Shown here piece by piece: positions 24,695 to 62,000 of a stretch of 64,000 bases of DNA (its first letter is position 1; each line of letters starts with the position of its first letter). The translations under genes were made by a program, and so were the position numbers. The DNA is from Euglena gracilis (taxonomy: Eukaryota), in NCBI GenBank assembly GCA_039621445.1, contig CP154954.1, positions 43,999,847-44,063,846 on the forward strand. Reading direction: 5' to 3'. The notes under the pieces were generated by a model. The model did no database searches, was not told the origin of the DNA, and was given only the letters and a program-made list of their open reading frames with translations.

Positions 24695-25342
24695 ACGCAA
24701 CAGCAAAATGTTGCAGAAAATATAGATTTATGGACAACCAACGACCTACAACAACTGTCTTGGAAACAAACAGATACATAATGGGAATATATATGTGCAA
24801 ATGCTTGTATACACCAAACACGCAAGTATAAGAACAAAAATAAAGTCACATGCACAATGGAGCGGAATACCGCTTCAGCGATGCAGATAGTTGTGATATT
24901 ACATAAACCACAGCACAGCCAGAACTAGCAGAAACACAGGTACAATTTACGCTTTACAGAATTAAGCTGTCCATTATACTTAATGTCACTCGCGAGCTAC
25001 ATAACTGTTTACCGGTAGCATGTACTATGAACAGAACAACAATCATATTGTTGTTATCTAAATGCAGGAATGAGGAAACAGTGGTGGACCGAAGGCGAAA
25101 ATCGTCCACCACAACTCATGCACGTATCTCAGCCTTCAGTACGATACATCCGCTGAGTTCATCGAGTCCATGAGAAGTCCTCTGCAAACATGACCTTGGC
25201 GGAGTTCTTATCACCAAATGTTGTGGTGGAAGAAATAATTTTATGTTGCAAAAAGAATAAAATGAAGTGGAAAACCGCTTCAGCTACGACTTGAATCTCA
25301 ATGATCTTTGTTCATACCGAGTGATGTGACCACAAAATACTA

Positions 25343-26066
25343 CACTGCATCTCAAGGTTTATTCACGTGGCACCGTTTCAAGGTTTTCACGTGGGTTTAA
25401 AAATAAAAAACTCTGTTTCTGTGGGATGACGTCCAAATGGCAGGCAAAGCAGCACATGGGGTGACAAATATCGCTTGGCACACTCCCCTGGTGCCTCTTA
25501 TGTTGTTTAATCGCGGGTGTGCAGGCCCTTGGCCACCTGCACAGCCGTCAAACGACGGACCATGCTGCCATACAGATTTGGGACCAGGTAGGAGGGGCCT
25601 GGAACCACTCCCCTTGGAGAGCTGTCCACAGCTCATCACAGGACGAAAAGCGCTTCCCAACAAGGCGGGAAGCAAGCCAAGCCCAGCAGTGTTCCACCGG
25701 ATTTAAACCGGGGGACTGCGGAGGCCAGGGGGTCAGCAAAATTACACAGTTCCTACTCAAAAAGTTCATGGTGGAATGGCTGGTGTGGGGAGCCCTGGCT
25801 ATTGCTGTGGCAAACGGTCGTGGGACAAGTGCGGCATACGCCAGCACCTCTGCCCGGACACGCCGCCTAAGCTCACCGAAAGCGTGAGATCTGGTCATTG
25901 TGTGACTGGGGAAGGAACAGGAACCACAAGGCACGAAATATAAGTATTTTGGGACTGCAGGTTCAGCTTCCTGCCAACAGAAAGTGACCGCCACAAATTT
26001 TTTCGGTTTTTCATTTTTTTCAAACCTCAAAACGGTGCCACGTGAATAACCTTGAGAGACGTAGTG
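25343..26066 (-). mobile_element. Deleted Tc1/mariner (IS630-like) element nested in element B
   Basis: About 40-bp TIR (cactgcatctcaaggtttattcacgtggcaccgttt / aaacggtgccacgtgaataaccttgagagacgtagtg). TA on both sides. Empty site visible in element A near 12010. Confidence 0.88.
25548..25880 (-). pseudogene. C-terminal fragment of a Tc1/IS630-type DDE transposase
   Basis: WPPQSPGLNPVEHCWAWL...ELWTALQGEW matches the WPPxSPDLNPIE motif of Tc1/IS630 transposases. The N-terminal part is missing. Confidence 0.85.
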
Positions 26067-27867
26067 TAAACGGTCCAAACCACACGCATTCACGTAGTTT
26101 ACCTGCATGGCCTTAGTGGGCTGCCGCTGGCTATGGTCAGCAAAAGCCGCATGTGGCGGGGACTGCCCACCCCCTCCACATACGTCCTGTGGTTCCCTAC
26201 TGGCGACAGCCAACTTTTTGCTTTTACTAGAGGCAGCGGGAATTCGCTTCGATATGAAGCCGCACATATGTGGGTAGCGACTGTGATCACCCAGGCAGTC
26301 GGGATCATCAGTATGGATTGTACGCAGTTTCTTGGCAGATGATAGCTTTCGGGTGTACTGCTGAGTCACATTGTACTGGGCAGCTAAAGAAAGATGGGAG
26401 GAGAGTGTATATACCGAGATCAAGATACTGGGTAGTGCCAGTGATCACCTGGTCAGTCCACAGGGTAGGGTAGTGACTGTGATCACGGCAGGCAGTCATG
26501 CCCCTCCGAGTAATGTCAGTGATCACCCACGCGGTTGTACCAAAAAGAACAGACAATAATTTCAAAATGAGAACACGTGGCATGGATTCAGGGTGGTGCA
26601 TGGTTATGCCACTTGTTGGCCCCGGATGTTCAGTTTCATCAGGGGTTTCACATCCTTGCGATTTTTAATGAGGGCCATTAGAGTCCCTTTGGGTCTTTCC
26701 TTATGCTTTTTTCTGGTTTTTCAAAAAGTGCAGCGTAAAACTGCTTCCAATGACATTTCGTATTTTTTGCGGGTGTGTTTGTCGTCTGTTAATCCGTTCT
26801 TCATCCTTACATGGCAGTTGCATTGCCCTGGGGCCAAGGAAGTCCACAGCAGGATCATCCGCCACGTAGCCCTGAACGTCTCCAGGTTCATCCCGGAAGG
26901 GACGGAGACCGCCCCCGCACCGCCGACGGAGGGGCGGCTGGGACCCGAAGGAGTCCAAGTCCAAGGAGGCCAAAGAGTCCCAGGACAAGCCCAAGGAGAA
27001 AGAGTCTAAGGACAAACCTGACAAGAAGAACAAGGACACGCCCAAGAAGGGCGCCCGGGGAAGCAGTTCCGCCGGGCGGCCGGCATACAGGGAGAGGCGC
27101 AGTAGCCTTTTGATCATGGTGTTTGCTTTATTATGTTCTGTTTCATTGTATTCAGTAATTGTTCTTCATTTCTGAGGAAGCGTTTTTCCGCTTCGTTAAT
27201 ACAATCTGAGAAATCCATCCACCTTTTGCACACTGTCTTTCATGGACAACGTCTGTGTTCATATTAACCTATAACCTCCCTTCAAGAATGAGCAAGACAA
27301 AGGCGTCTCAACGAAACTCCGGTTTCTGTCTGCTCTGTTTCCAGTCTGCGCCACTCCCTGATGCCGAGGAAGCGGTCCGCCCTGGAGAACATCAGGAGAT
27401 GGTGGTTGACAATGAGTGAGCGGGCGGCTGCGGCGGCCGTGGTGGCAGCGGGCGGCTGGTGTCGCCGGCGAGGGAGGGACAAGCGAGGCCCAGACCCAGA
27501 CCCAGACCCAGACCCAGACCCAGACCCAGACCCAGCCCTCAAACACCCACACTGCTTCGCGCACTTCACATGCCTATTTCGCTGTGTCTTTTCATTTGTG
27601 TGTGTCTTTGGCATGGCTGCGGAACTCGGGGCCTCGGGGGGTTGTCGGATCTGTCACATGAGTGCCTTGGCAGGAGTAGAAATAGATCATACACTCTGTT
27701 TTATGACTCTGCTGTGGAATACATCACAGCTTTTCAATTATGTTCGCTGAGACTTTTATGTACGTTGTGTGTTTGATGCTTCAGTGTATGTGGTGAGTTT
27801 CTCTATTCAAATGGTTCAGCGTTGTTCTTAGTTCGATGTGTGCAGTTTGGGACCCTGATATGTTTAA

Positions 27868-28155
27868 ATGGCAGCCTGAAACTACTGGGCCCCCCCGGGA
27901 GGGGGGGGGCAGTAGTTAATCCGGGGGGTCAAAAAAAAATTTTTGCGTTAGTGATGGAATAGGGTTAGGTGCGCGACTTAGGCTTAGGGTTAGGCCTAAC
28001 TTGTACACCGAACACCCGTCTATAAATTAGGCCTAACCCTAAGCCTAAGTCGCGCACCTAACCCTATTCCATCATTAACGCAAAAAAAAACTATTCTGAC
28101 CCCCCGGATTAACTACTGGCCCCCCCCGGGGGGCCCAGTAGTTTCGGGCTGCCGT
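27868..28155. mobile_element. Foldback MITE with TTAA flanks nested in element B
   Basis: About 130-bp inverted arms around a ~27-bp loop. TTAA at 27864-27867 and 28156-28159. The arms contain ttaggg/ttaggc repeats. Confidence 0.85.
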
Positions 28156-30196
28156 TTAAATTTCTTACCTTCAGTTTAAGGAAGCGGAAGACCGCTTCTT
28201 CGTTATCATGTTTTTATTTCGCAGGTTATTCCCCATCGCCTCCTTATGACTGAGCAGTTCAGTCGCCAACAGAAGCAGTAAAGGTGTGTACTGTTTTGTG
28301 TCTTACGATTTGTAGTGCATAGATGTTATTCGCAATTTCTATTGTGCATTTTGTCCGTTTGCTTGTGCGAAATATTCACTTCTCAGTTTCTATGGTTCAT
28401 TATATCCTTTGAAATGAGGAACAATGTTTTGTCTGAAAGGACTGCTGATTGGTTGGACATCACACACTTGCATCCGATTTTGCACTTCAGTTTTTCCGTT
28501 TCTTATCAAAGCGGTTTTCCGCTTCCTTATTGTTTCTGAAAATTTTCAAGCATGTTCTGTTTGCTTTTCATCGCATATGATTCTGCGTGTTTTTTTTTCA
28601 GTTTCCGGTGATCTACATCTGATTTTGAAGCGGAATGCCATTTTTACCGCTTCCTGTTTTTGTGATTTTCTTTTTTCCCCCTTTGCAGGGGGATTCGAGT
28701 TCTTTCCTCGCCGGCGGCAGCAGGAACCAGGTGTGAATCTGCACGTTCCTCCTGTTTTTGCAATTTTTGTGTTGGTTTCGTTCATTTGCATACAATTTGA
28801 AAATAAAAGTGGTGCTTCGGGTCTGTTTTGGACTTTATAGGACTCTGTTACTACAAGCCAAACGTCCATCAGAATTGGCCGAAATCGGGACCTCTTCTGA
28901 AACCTCAAAAAATGGGCCTTTTTGGAAGCAGGTTTCCGCTTCCTCTTCCGTTTCGGACGGGTCAGAAATTTTGGGCAGTTTACGCCGCCTAAGAAAGATG
29001 GACGCCGGTACCATTGGAGTGAATGACTCAGCTTCTCAAAATAAACTCGAGTTTGTTCATGAGGGCATGTAATATGAGACGAACATGACAGCTGGGCTTC
29101 GGGGCTTCGGGGGGGGGGGGGTAGCTCTATAGCAAAAGACCACAATTTATTCATGGGGCGAAAAATTTTGGCCAATCGTTTGTATTTTCGAGGCTGACCA
29201 TAAAAGCGGGGGGTCGGGATACTTCAGAAATGCGGCAGGCCAAATTTGCCACGTTCTTCCCTTGCTCCCACTTGTGGTCCAGCACTGCACCCAGCGGAGT
29301 GGTTTACCTGGCTGTCTCGGGAGGGGAATCGGTCGGGGGGAACACAGAGCCGGGGCAGGCCAAGCAGCTCACAAACCCATCCTTGTGACCAAGGGCAGGG
29401 TCCGGCGATGGGGAAATGCTGAGGGGGGGATGGTAGCACGCGCGCGCACACCCACCCACCCACCCACAGCAATCCACAAAACACTCATACACACACAACG
29501 CACACAGACAATGGCCACCCTTAACAAAAAAGTTGGGCCCACTGAACCCCACCGTCCTAACTGTAACACACCCTAATAAATACACATCCCTAGGGTCTGC
29601 ATCCCCTGAAACTCCCTCCCTGATAAGTGCGCACCCCCCCCCTCCAACTGGATTGTGCCCGCTGCAATTTCGACTATTTTGAATGATTTTGAGCCACTTT
29701 GGGCCTCCAAATAACGTCCAAAAAGGTGTCCTCCGACCGGGGGGAGGGTGGTCATCGGACATTGGGGGGGGGGGGTGGCTACTGGTGAAGTGGCGGGCGC
29801 CAACGGCGAGCCACCCGTCAACGTCGGCAGGGGAGGAAAGTGGGGGACCTGCGCTTCCCCACCGGCCCCTGGACACGGCTGCCCTCCGGTGTGGCCCTCC
29901 CTCGGCCCGGGGACGGGGTCTGTCCCCGGCGCATCCAAGCCGCGTTGGCCGCGGCGCCACACGCGCTGCGGCCGGCGGCCGGGCGGGGGAAGGCACGGAC
30001 CGACAAGATGTGCTTCAACTGGGGGGGGGGGCTTAGACATAGGGGGGTCAGTTAGGCTTCAAGTGCTTCATTCCAGGAAGTTTCACTGGCACTGCGGCGA
30101 TGCTTTTGCGGCAGAGCGGCTTTCCTTCGGGGAAACCTGCCCCGGGACAACCCGGTCCGTGTCAGACAGCCGGCCGTGCCGCCGGGCGGGAAAGGG

Positions 30197-54184
<23,988 letters not shown>

Positions 54185-56069
54185 GGCGGGGGCCTGGTTA
54201 GCCTGAGGGGGAGGGAGGACTGAGGGTCAGAAGGGGGGGGGGGGCAAGCCGGCAGCCACCCACACCACACCCCCGGATGCGGTGCAGGGGCGGGGGGAGA
54301 CTCACTGAGTGCGCATGCAACCGTCTCCACGCCACCAGACGGCAAGTGCCTGTGTGCGAATGTGGTGCCCGCTATTCATATCTGCTTTCTGGGTTTCCGG
54401 TGAAAAAGAAACACCACATCACAGCAATGGGTGTAGGCCAGCACACCACATTCATGAATGCAGGTGTAGTCCTCCCACCCCCAATCCCGCACCACAAACA
54501 GACGCATTTCCCCCAACAAATAGACCCATTGCTGTATCTAGCAACAAAAAGGCCTATTGCTTATAAATCTGCGGGTGGGCACAAGCCATACTGGGCCACG
54601 CTGGGCAAACAGAAAAAGTGGCGGCCAGAACCTCGCCTCGTGCTCGCCCACGCACCTTGCACACACAAACTTGCACCCACACACGCCCATATATTCATAT
54701 CTTCCTGTTGCACCTGCATTGCAGTTAGAGAAGCAAGTCCGAAGCACAACCCCAACTGGTTCATCCACGGGTGACACTTCATTGGGACTTCATTGGCAAA
54801 AAAAAGGCAAAGCAACACACAAGAACGTTTGGTGGTTCAGTTTCTGGGTTAGTGCACCAGAGCGACAGAGTGAGGGCTGTTCAAAGCATAAATACACCAG
54901 GAGAGGCCCACAGACCTGGCAAGGTTTGGAGAAATTCACCGTGTACTCCACCAGTGGAGCACACCATTTGGGGGGGGGGGGCAAATGTGATCACTGATGC
55001 ATGAAGTTTTGGCCCCTTATCCCAAAATGGCAATTTTGGTGCCGAAGGGCTGTTTTTTCCCAAAAAGGAGCAAAAGAGTGATAATTCCCATCTACCTGCA
55101 TCAGAAAAAGTGAAATCCACCACTGACGTTCATCATATAGAAAGAGGGAGGAAGTTGCAAAATGACTCAGCAATCTCTGAGAATATCCCCCCCCTTGCGG
55201 AACTGTCCGGGAGGTTGCTGACAGACAGCCAGAAATGCTTTTCTGAGTGATCACTGGGGAGGAGGCAAGCTCAAAGGCTTGCTGAAAAGAAATGCTGTGT
55301 TCCCCTTCATAAATCCCTGTGAATGGAAGCCCCCCCCATTTTTGACCATTGGACAAATGGAAGCCCCCCCCATTTGGGACACAGGAAAATGAAGGGGGGA
55401 AACCTCCAAACAGAAGCCCCGCCCCTCCGTTTTCGACCAAGGGTTCAAATAGAAGCCCAGGGGGGAAGGAACTGGGTCAGGCACCCCCCAAATCGAAGCA
55501 ACGTCAAAATTAGTGCAAAAAAAAGCCCCAGAAGGGGCAGGACAGCGCGATTTCCCAAAGCGATCTGGAAACAGCAAACTCATATCCGGTCAAAGGGGAT
55601 TCTTCGACTGTTCTTTTCCCAAAATGAAAATAATGACGACTCAACATGCTATTTGGCGAATTTGGCCCTGTGGGAGAGGCAACGGTGGTTCCTTCAAAAC
55701 ACACCCATGCTTATAAACCCCGTCCCAAACATGGGACCCCTCTGGCTTAGGCGGCGCGAATTGCCCAAGCAATTTTTGCGTTTTTTTTGACGTTTTTTGG
55801 CTGTTTTAAAAACACCCAAAAGGGCACGAAATTTTAGGTTGAGAGGGGTGTGTGGCAGCTTTGAGCAAAAATTTAATGAAAGTGGTTTTGCGCGGTATTC
55901 CACACAACGTACACTACATGATGCAGAGGTACGTAAAAACAGGGGTGTTGACACCCCTGTTACAGGTACCAGAAAAGTACTGTATTGTAACGTGTGTAAT
56001 ACGTGGGTGTATATTGGTGGTACGTCTGTTTCCACACAGTGTGTGAGGTGAGGTGAACAACGCAGGTGT

Positions 56070-59000
56070 GTGCGGATTACCGCACACAACAAACACAACG
56101 ACGTGTGATACAGGGGGGTGTTGTGTGTTTGGTGTGACGTGAAGGAAAACTGTGAAGTGTGGTTTAGGCGGATAACCGCGTAAAGAGAGCGTAGTTGTAT
56201 TTGTGCAGTCCAGGCGGAAACCCGTGTAACCTCCGAAGGACAGACCGAAGGCATTTGATGTTAGGCGGGAATCCGCACAACCTAACAGAACGTTGTGGTG
56301 GGTGTGTGGGCCCGATTACGTGAGAGGACGGATGCGTTTGCTTAAGGTGTAGATAAAATGGTGGGGAGGCCGGGGGGGACTGGGGGCAGCGTTCGTCTGT
56401 CGCACCACACCCCGACACATCCCGTGCCCTGGCCGTCACCGGGACGGTGGCCCAGCCGGGGCCGGTGACGGGGGGATCTGGTGCGTGTGTGTGTGTATCC
56501 GCCGGGGGTGGTGGTGGGCCAACGTTGGCTGCCCCATCCCCCTGAAAGAGGGGGCGGTCCTCTCCCCGGCGAGCCTGCCTGTGTAACTCCCCGGCCTGAA
56601 CGGAACGAAACGGCACGTGAATGACGTTACGGTACGTCTCTCCGCGACTGCAGTGATGACTGGTCGCGAAACGCGACGCAGTGTTGTTGTTAGTGGGGGC
56701 AGAGGGGTGTGGGTTACCAAACAGATGCACAACGGTCTGTGTGATATTGAAAAGCCAACAGGATGTCTTGTGCGGGAATCCGTGCAACACATTCCGAGTG
56801 TACCAGCTGCGTGGATAAAAAGACAGTGAGGAGCCCGGGTGGTCCTTTGACCTCTCCGCACCGCCGGGGCAGGTTGCCCAGACCTCCCCAACGGCGGTGC
56901 GGTTGCGGCGTTTGCGGACCAACGCAGCCGGGGCGACGACGCCCGTCCCGGACTCCCCCGACCGACTGGGTAGGAAAATGGAACCTGGGTGTTTGCGTTT
57001 CACGTTTGGGACGTTTGGTGGTACTCAACTGCGTAGGGGACCGGTTTTCCTCGCGATCGGAATGCGTAGGGCACCGGTTGGTTTTCTCGGTTGTGCGCGT
57101 TGAGGTCTGGTGAGGGAGAGAGGCTGTGCGGTGTGGTCACACGTCGACGGCGACGGTATGTGCGGTTTTCCGCGTACAAGAACAGACCAGTGTGTAAGGC
57201 GTAAGGCTCATTGCGTTGCACGCACGTCCGCCCCTTCCCTACGCTTTTGCCCAAGATCTGGATCGCGAGGCCTTCATTTGGTGTAACCGCCGGCGTGACC
57301 ACCAACAGTGGTTTCGCGAAAGTTATACAGTCCAAGTGCGATCTCCAGAGACAGATGCTGGGCAAGTGGCTGTAACGGCCTCTTGTGGCCGAGCTCCCTG
57401 GGACCGCCCACCCCAGCGGGCAACGCCACTGGTTCCCCGGCCGGTGCGGTCACTTGCCTACTTTTTATCCCCGCGTGCACGGATATCCGCTCAGGGGCCG
57501 TGTATGTATGTACACGGCGCGTGTCCGTTTTGTATTGTTTCTTTTCTTCTCTTCTGTGGTTGGTGTGAGGGAGGCTAAACGAAGCGGAAGCTGACAGCAG
57601 TTCGGTACACCCCCGGGGGGGTTGGTCCGGGCCAGCGAGGGGACTCAGTGCACACGCTCAACTGGGCCCCACGATTGCGTGCTGTACACCTCCCCCGGAC
57701 ACGACTACCTGGGACCCTTTCGCGACTGAGGGTGGTTGGTGGTACACGACTGGTTTACGGTTCCTGTTTCGTTCGCGAGACAAATCCGTAGGGTGGACTG
57801 ATGCTCCCTCAACACCACCCAAAACAGGCCACTTTCTACGACGTGAAGTTCCGGTTTGTGCGGGAAACCGCGCAAACCGGAACTTCAGCTCCCAGACCAC
57901 GGTGTTTTCCCAGGGGTTACGTCGCAGTGGTACATCCCGTTCGCGAGGGGGTATAAATCGCGAGAATTCCAACATCCGCTTGTACCACTAAACACCCTGA
58001 ATCGCGACAAGGTCCCAGGTCCTTCGGTTTTGGAGGGCCGTCTTACCTGGAATCGCGCTCTAAATTGCGCCGTACGGACCGAACCGGGAACTGTTGCCCC
58101 CGCCGGCTTCAAATTTGAGCACTCTGCACAGCAGCCTTCCATGATTTACACGGGAACCCGCACACCAGCGCAGAATCAAACACAAACAGTTCTGTGGTGA
58201 GGCACTAACGAAGGAAGGACAAGTCATTGTGATGTTCCCACCAGTTGTGCGGAAACCCGCGTAGAAGCGGTCTACAATGGCTGCGGTGTGTGGTATAACA
58301 CGGTGCGCTACGATGACAGATTTGAATCAAACACAGTGCAGCGTTGTGCGGATTCCCGTGTAAAGGACTGAGCCCTTGTCAGCACGATGACACTGCTTCA
58401 GTGCATTCATACGTGTGAATCACGGTCAAATCTGTGCATACGTGAGTGGTCTTTGTCCATTCACTGAAAACACTGCTCAGCATGTAAAGTAGGTCTGTGT
58501 ACATTGTGTCCTCACTGAAATACACGCATCCTCTGTTGCGCGGTAATCCGTACACCCTCATCTCCGTTGTCTCAGACTGTGCAAAAATAAAAAAAAATGA
58601 CCTCCACGTCTGAGACGCTGGTGTTGCAGCTGGACCAGCTGCGGGGGTACCTTGCCGGCGCCCCCCCGGCCGATGGTTGGGCGATCCTGGACGACGCCCT
58701 CCGAAGAGGCCACCTGGGAGCCCTCAACCTGGTGGAGACGGGCCTGGCCGTCAGGGCCAACCGCCGGTCCCGTCGCAGCCTGCGGGAGGTGCGGCGGGAG
58801 TACACCCAGCCCCCGTCCGAACGGCCGATGTGGATGGCCCGCTTCACCGACGGGCTGCTGGCGCTGTGGAGGACGCTGCGACGGCTGGCCGTGCCCTTCG
58901 GTGAGGTGGTCACGCCCGCGGCCGCCCTGGCCCCCGCCCCGGCGCAGCAGACGCTGCAGGACCTGCCCCGCGCTACCCGTCGGCTGCTGCGGCCCGCCGG

Positions 59001-62000
59001 TCTGGTGGGCCCCACGGAGGAGCTGGTGCGGGAGCGGGCGCGAAGGGCCCGGGACGCGGTGCTGCGGGCGTTGGACGGCCACCAGTGTGTGCTGTGGCTG
59101 GACAACTTCTGCTGGCTGCGGTGGGGCACGGACCCCGCCCAGCCCAGCTACAGCCGCAACGTCACCGCCCTGGGTTCAGGGTGCCTACTCTGCCTTTCGG
59201 GTCAAGTGGACGTGACCCGCTGTGCACGACAGGACCAACGTGTGTGGTTTTCCGTCTGAGAATGTAGCGTCTTCCAAAATGAAATCACTGATCACCCAAG
59301 TGAACCCCGCAAGTCGGGTTGAGACAATCAGTGACGATGGATTACTGCTCGGACGTTATCCCTTGGGATACAAAAATCTGATGTCCTCTAAGTAGTACAC
59401 GGGGCGAAGAACAACAGGTTTGTGCGGGTTTCCGTGTAAACACGACCCTGTTGGTTTGCACGGAAACCCGCACACTTTGGGATGATGTCTGCGTCCACTG
59501 GTTGACTTAATGAGCAGGCCCTCTGTGTGGTGACTGCTGCAGATCGACCCCCTGCGGACTCGTCAGGGCACTTTGACGCGGTCCGTGACGTTCCCCGTGT
59601 CCACGGGCCACCCGGAGTTCGGCACGGTGGTGCAGCACCTCCGCTGGGCGGCAGACCTGTGTCTGCAGTCGGCGAAGAAGCTGCACCAGACGGTGCGCGG
59701 CCTCCACCGGGCGGAGCTCTCGGTGGACAACGTCCGCGTCCCGCTGGACATGCAGCGGGACGCGATGCGGTCGCTGCGGTGGAGGCCCTTCTCCCTGACC
59801 GAGCAGACGGTCAGCTCGAACCGGGACCTCCTCCAGCTCCTGGAGACCGTGCTGCAGCTGCAGGCGCGGTCGGGCCGCCAGCTGCCCCTCCTCGTGGATG
59901 AGAACATCCACTACCGCATCCTCCGCCTCCTCTACTCGGCCCCGGCGCTGCGCTTCCGGATGGGGCAGCACCTCGCCAACGTCCCCCTGCTGTACGGCAT
60001 CTGGCATGCCTACAAGCACACGGTGACGGTGGTGTACCGGGCGTTCTTCCCGGTGCTGGCCCACCTGGAGGTGCCGGTTGGCGCCGGGGGGCAGCCGGCA
60101 GCTGACGACGTCCCTGCGGTCGCACCGGAAGGTGCTGTACATGGAGAAGCTGTTCGCCAGCCTCCTGTTGACCCGGGCCGACGTGCTGCCACAGCCAGGG
60201 TGACCACTGCTCTTGACCAGGGCTTCCAGGCTTCCCCTGGTACTTCGGGCCAATGTTTGTGCGGTTATCCGCACAATCATCTCGTGTGTCAGTCGGTGTC
60301 TTCTCTCTTCTCTCTCATCTCTTCCATATGTCCGACGCAATATGTCCGCTTTGTGCGGAAACCCGCGTGAATGGCTCTGGTGAACGATCACGCAGTCCAA
60401 CGTGTATCACGTTTCCCGCAGTGGTGCACGTTACAGCCTCTCTTTTCTTCTAGTGGGTGAAGACGCTTCAGAAGCCCATTTGTCACTCTGGCGCTAACTG
60501 GAGGATCGTCTCCGGGAGGAGAGCCAGCGCGTGCACGTCTCCGCCCCCACTGCGGCCGACGCGTACGGCCCGCAGCTGCTCCTGGGGCTGCACCGCCTCC
60601 TCACCTTCTTCCTGCCGGCCCTCCTCCACCTCGGCTTCAAGGTGCGGCAGTGCACCTGGCGCGGCCGCCCCGACGACGAGGTGAAGGGGGAGACGGCGCG
60701 GCAGGTGCTGGAGCGCTGCCTGGTCCTGCAGGCCCACCTCGAGCGGGCCATGAGTCCGCATGGCCTCCCCTCGGAGTACATGCGGACCATCTCCCTGGCC
60801 CTGCTGACCTGGCAGCCGTGGATGTCCCGCCTGCCCGGGTGCGTCTTCGTGGAGGAGGCCGGCGAGGCGATGCTGTCGCGCCTGTCGGGTGCCTGCCGTC
60901 GGTCGCCGTACGTCACGGACTTCCGGGGCACCCTGCAGCTGTTCCTCAGCCTGCCGCCGCCGTCGGGGGCGCCACACGCCAGCCGGGGTTCCCTGCGGCT
61001 GGGGCTGGTCGCCGAGATGGCCCGTCGGGTGCGCCAGCTGGCGGACCACCCCGAGGGCCGCCCCTTCCCCCGCCGGGTGGACGCCACGCGGGTCGCCTGG
61101 GTGGACGCCTCCGAGGTGGAGTTCCCCCGGTGGGGGTCCCCGCCCATCCTGCCGGAGATCGTGGACGTCCGGGCGCTGGAGGCCCTGATGCGGACCTCCC
61201 TCCTGACGCTGGTGAGCGGCCGGGCGCTGACCCCCGACATCCTGGTCTGGATGCGGGAGAACGTCGGGCCGGTGGACCCCCAGGAGTTCGTCCGTCGCCA
61301 GCGGGCGATGGACAACTTCCTCCAACAGCGACAGCGGCGGCGCCGCAGCCCCACGCCCCCAGGCGGAAACCCGCGCAGGGGCGGCGGCCCGTGCGGAAAC
61401 CCGCGCAGCAGCGGAACCTGCAGCGCCGGGGGTGATGACGGCTGCCGAGGAGTCCCCGGCGGAAAGTCGCGTGCGGTTCACCCCGGAGGAGCCCAGTTCC
61501 TCCACGGCCGTGGCGGTGGTGCAGCCGCCGGTTCAACCGGGATGGCCGGCGCTGGAGCTGCCCGAGGCGGAGAGCCTGTACGAGCCGCCCAGTGCAGCGG
61601 AGTCGCTGTACGAGCCGCCGGGCACGCTGTCCGAGGGGTACGTCTCCCCGGCGGCCTCGGACGGCCTCGGCAGTCTGGGGGAGCTGCTGAGCAGCCGCCC
61701 GACCTCGTCCAGGTCCTCCTCCTCAGATGAGGACCTCAGTCTGTCCCCAGCGGCGGTGTGTCCCTGCCGGACCCTGGTCTTTGTACGTGGTCATGAACCT
61801 TCCTGTACATCAGGGAGTCAGCTGGAGGCCTTCAGAGGGAGGGTGAAGGATCGTTTCAGAACATGACGGGGGTGGCGGGCGGGTTTCCGTGCAAAAGCAT
61901 TCCCCTCCCAGGCAAAAGGGGGTGCTCTGCGGAGGTTGTTGGTGAGTGGTTACTGTTGTGTTTCCTTGAATGACAATTATTTTTTGATTGAACTCACTGC

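Larger units (their letters stand above)
24295..28993 (+). mobile_element. Element 'B': internally deleted 4.7-kb relative of element A
   Basis: TIR cttaggcggcgtaaaattgccca / tgggcagtttacgccgcctaag. TSD aaaga (24290-24294, 28994-28998). Left part is homologous to A ~10576-12550 and right part to A ~19750-21739, including a remnant of the KESKSKE...KKGARGKQ exon at 26835-27070. Retains GAAGCG-N6-CGCTTC motifs. Confidence 0.9.
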
